Of a stretch of DNA of 39,543 nucleotides, positions 39,504 to 39,543 are shown in pieces (positions within the stretch are counted from its first letter, which is position 1; each line of letters begins with the position of its first letter). The DNA is from an uncultured Actinomycetes bacterium (lineage in GTDB: Bacteria > Actinomycetota > Thermoleophilia > RBG-16-64-13), in contig CAVPLM010000016.1 in NCBI GenBank assembly GCA_963706025.1, forward strand, positions 1 to 39,543. The letters run 5' to 3'. The notes beneath the pieces were generated by a model. It was not told the origin of the DNA, ran no database searches, and was given only the letters and a program-made list of their open reading frames with translations. The position numbers and the translations under genes were made by a program.

Positions 39504-39543
39504 TGCCGAGCCACTGGGGCCGCGCTGTGCGGCCCGGGCTCCC

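Overview
High-GC bacterial window, probably from an anaerobic Gram-positive or actinobacterial-type organism (inferred from the SLH domains, Thr-rich lipoprotein linkers, Hdr-like and AOR genes). The left half (1-19.8 kb) looks like core genome. It holds an antiporter, a PucR/CdaR regulator, YbjQ, a structured repeat cluster and a nitrogen-assimilation operon in which an HdrB-HdrC-like fusion is coupled to split (archaeal-type) glutamate synthase modules and glnA. It also holds a BMP-family ABC transporter, serA, glutaredoxin/ferredoxin-thioredoxin reductase and an SLH-L,D-transpeptidase. The right half is a ~19.7 kb block bounded by a ~60 bp direct repeat of the 3' end of the transpeptidase gene (19761-19820 and 39445-39503), with no integrase visible. 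This block encodes a coherent catabolic system: a dual-ATPase sugar/polyol ABC importer, a Zn-dependent alcohol dehydrogenase, two aldehyde:ferredoxin oxidoreductases with MoaD, and an acetoin/2-oxoacid dehydrogenase E1a/E1b/E2/E3 complex. A shared GTATACCG operator-like motif and a GntR regulator link these genes. The block also contains an IS3-family remnant and several gene stumps. About ten genes carry frameshifts, most likely long-read or assembly indels.
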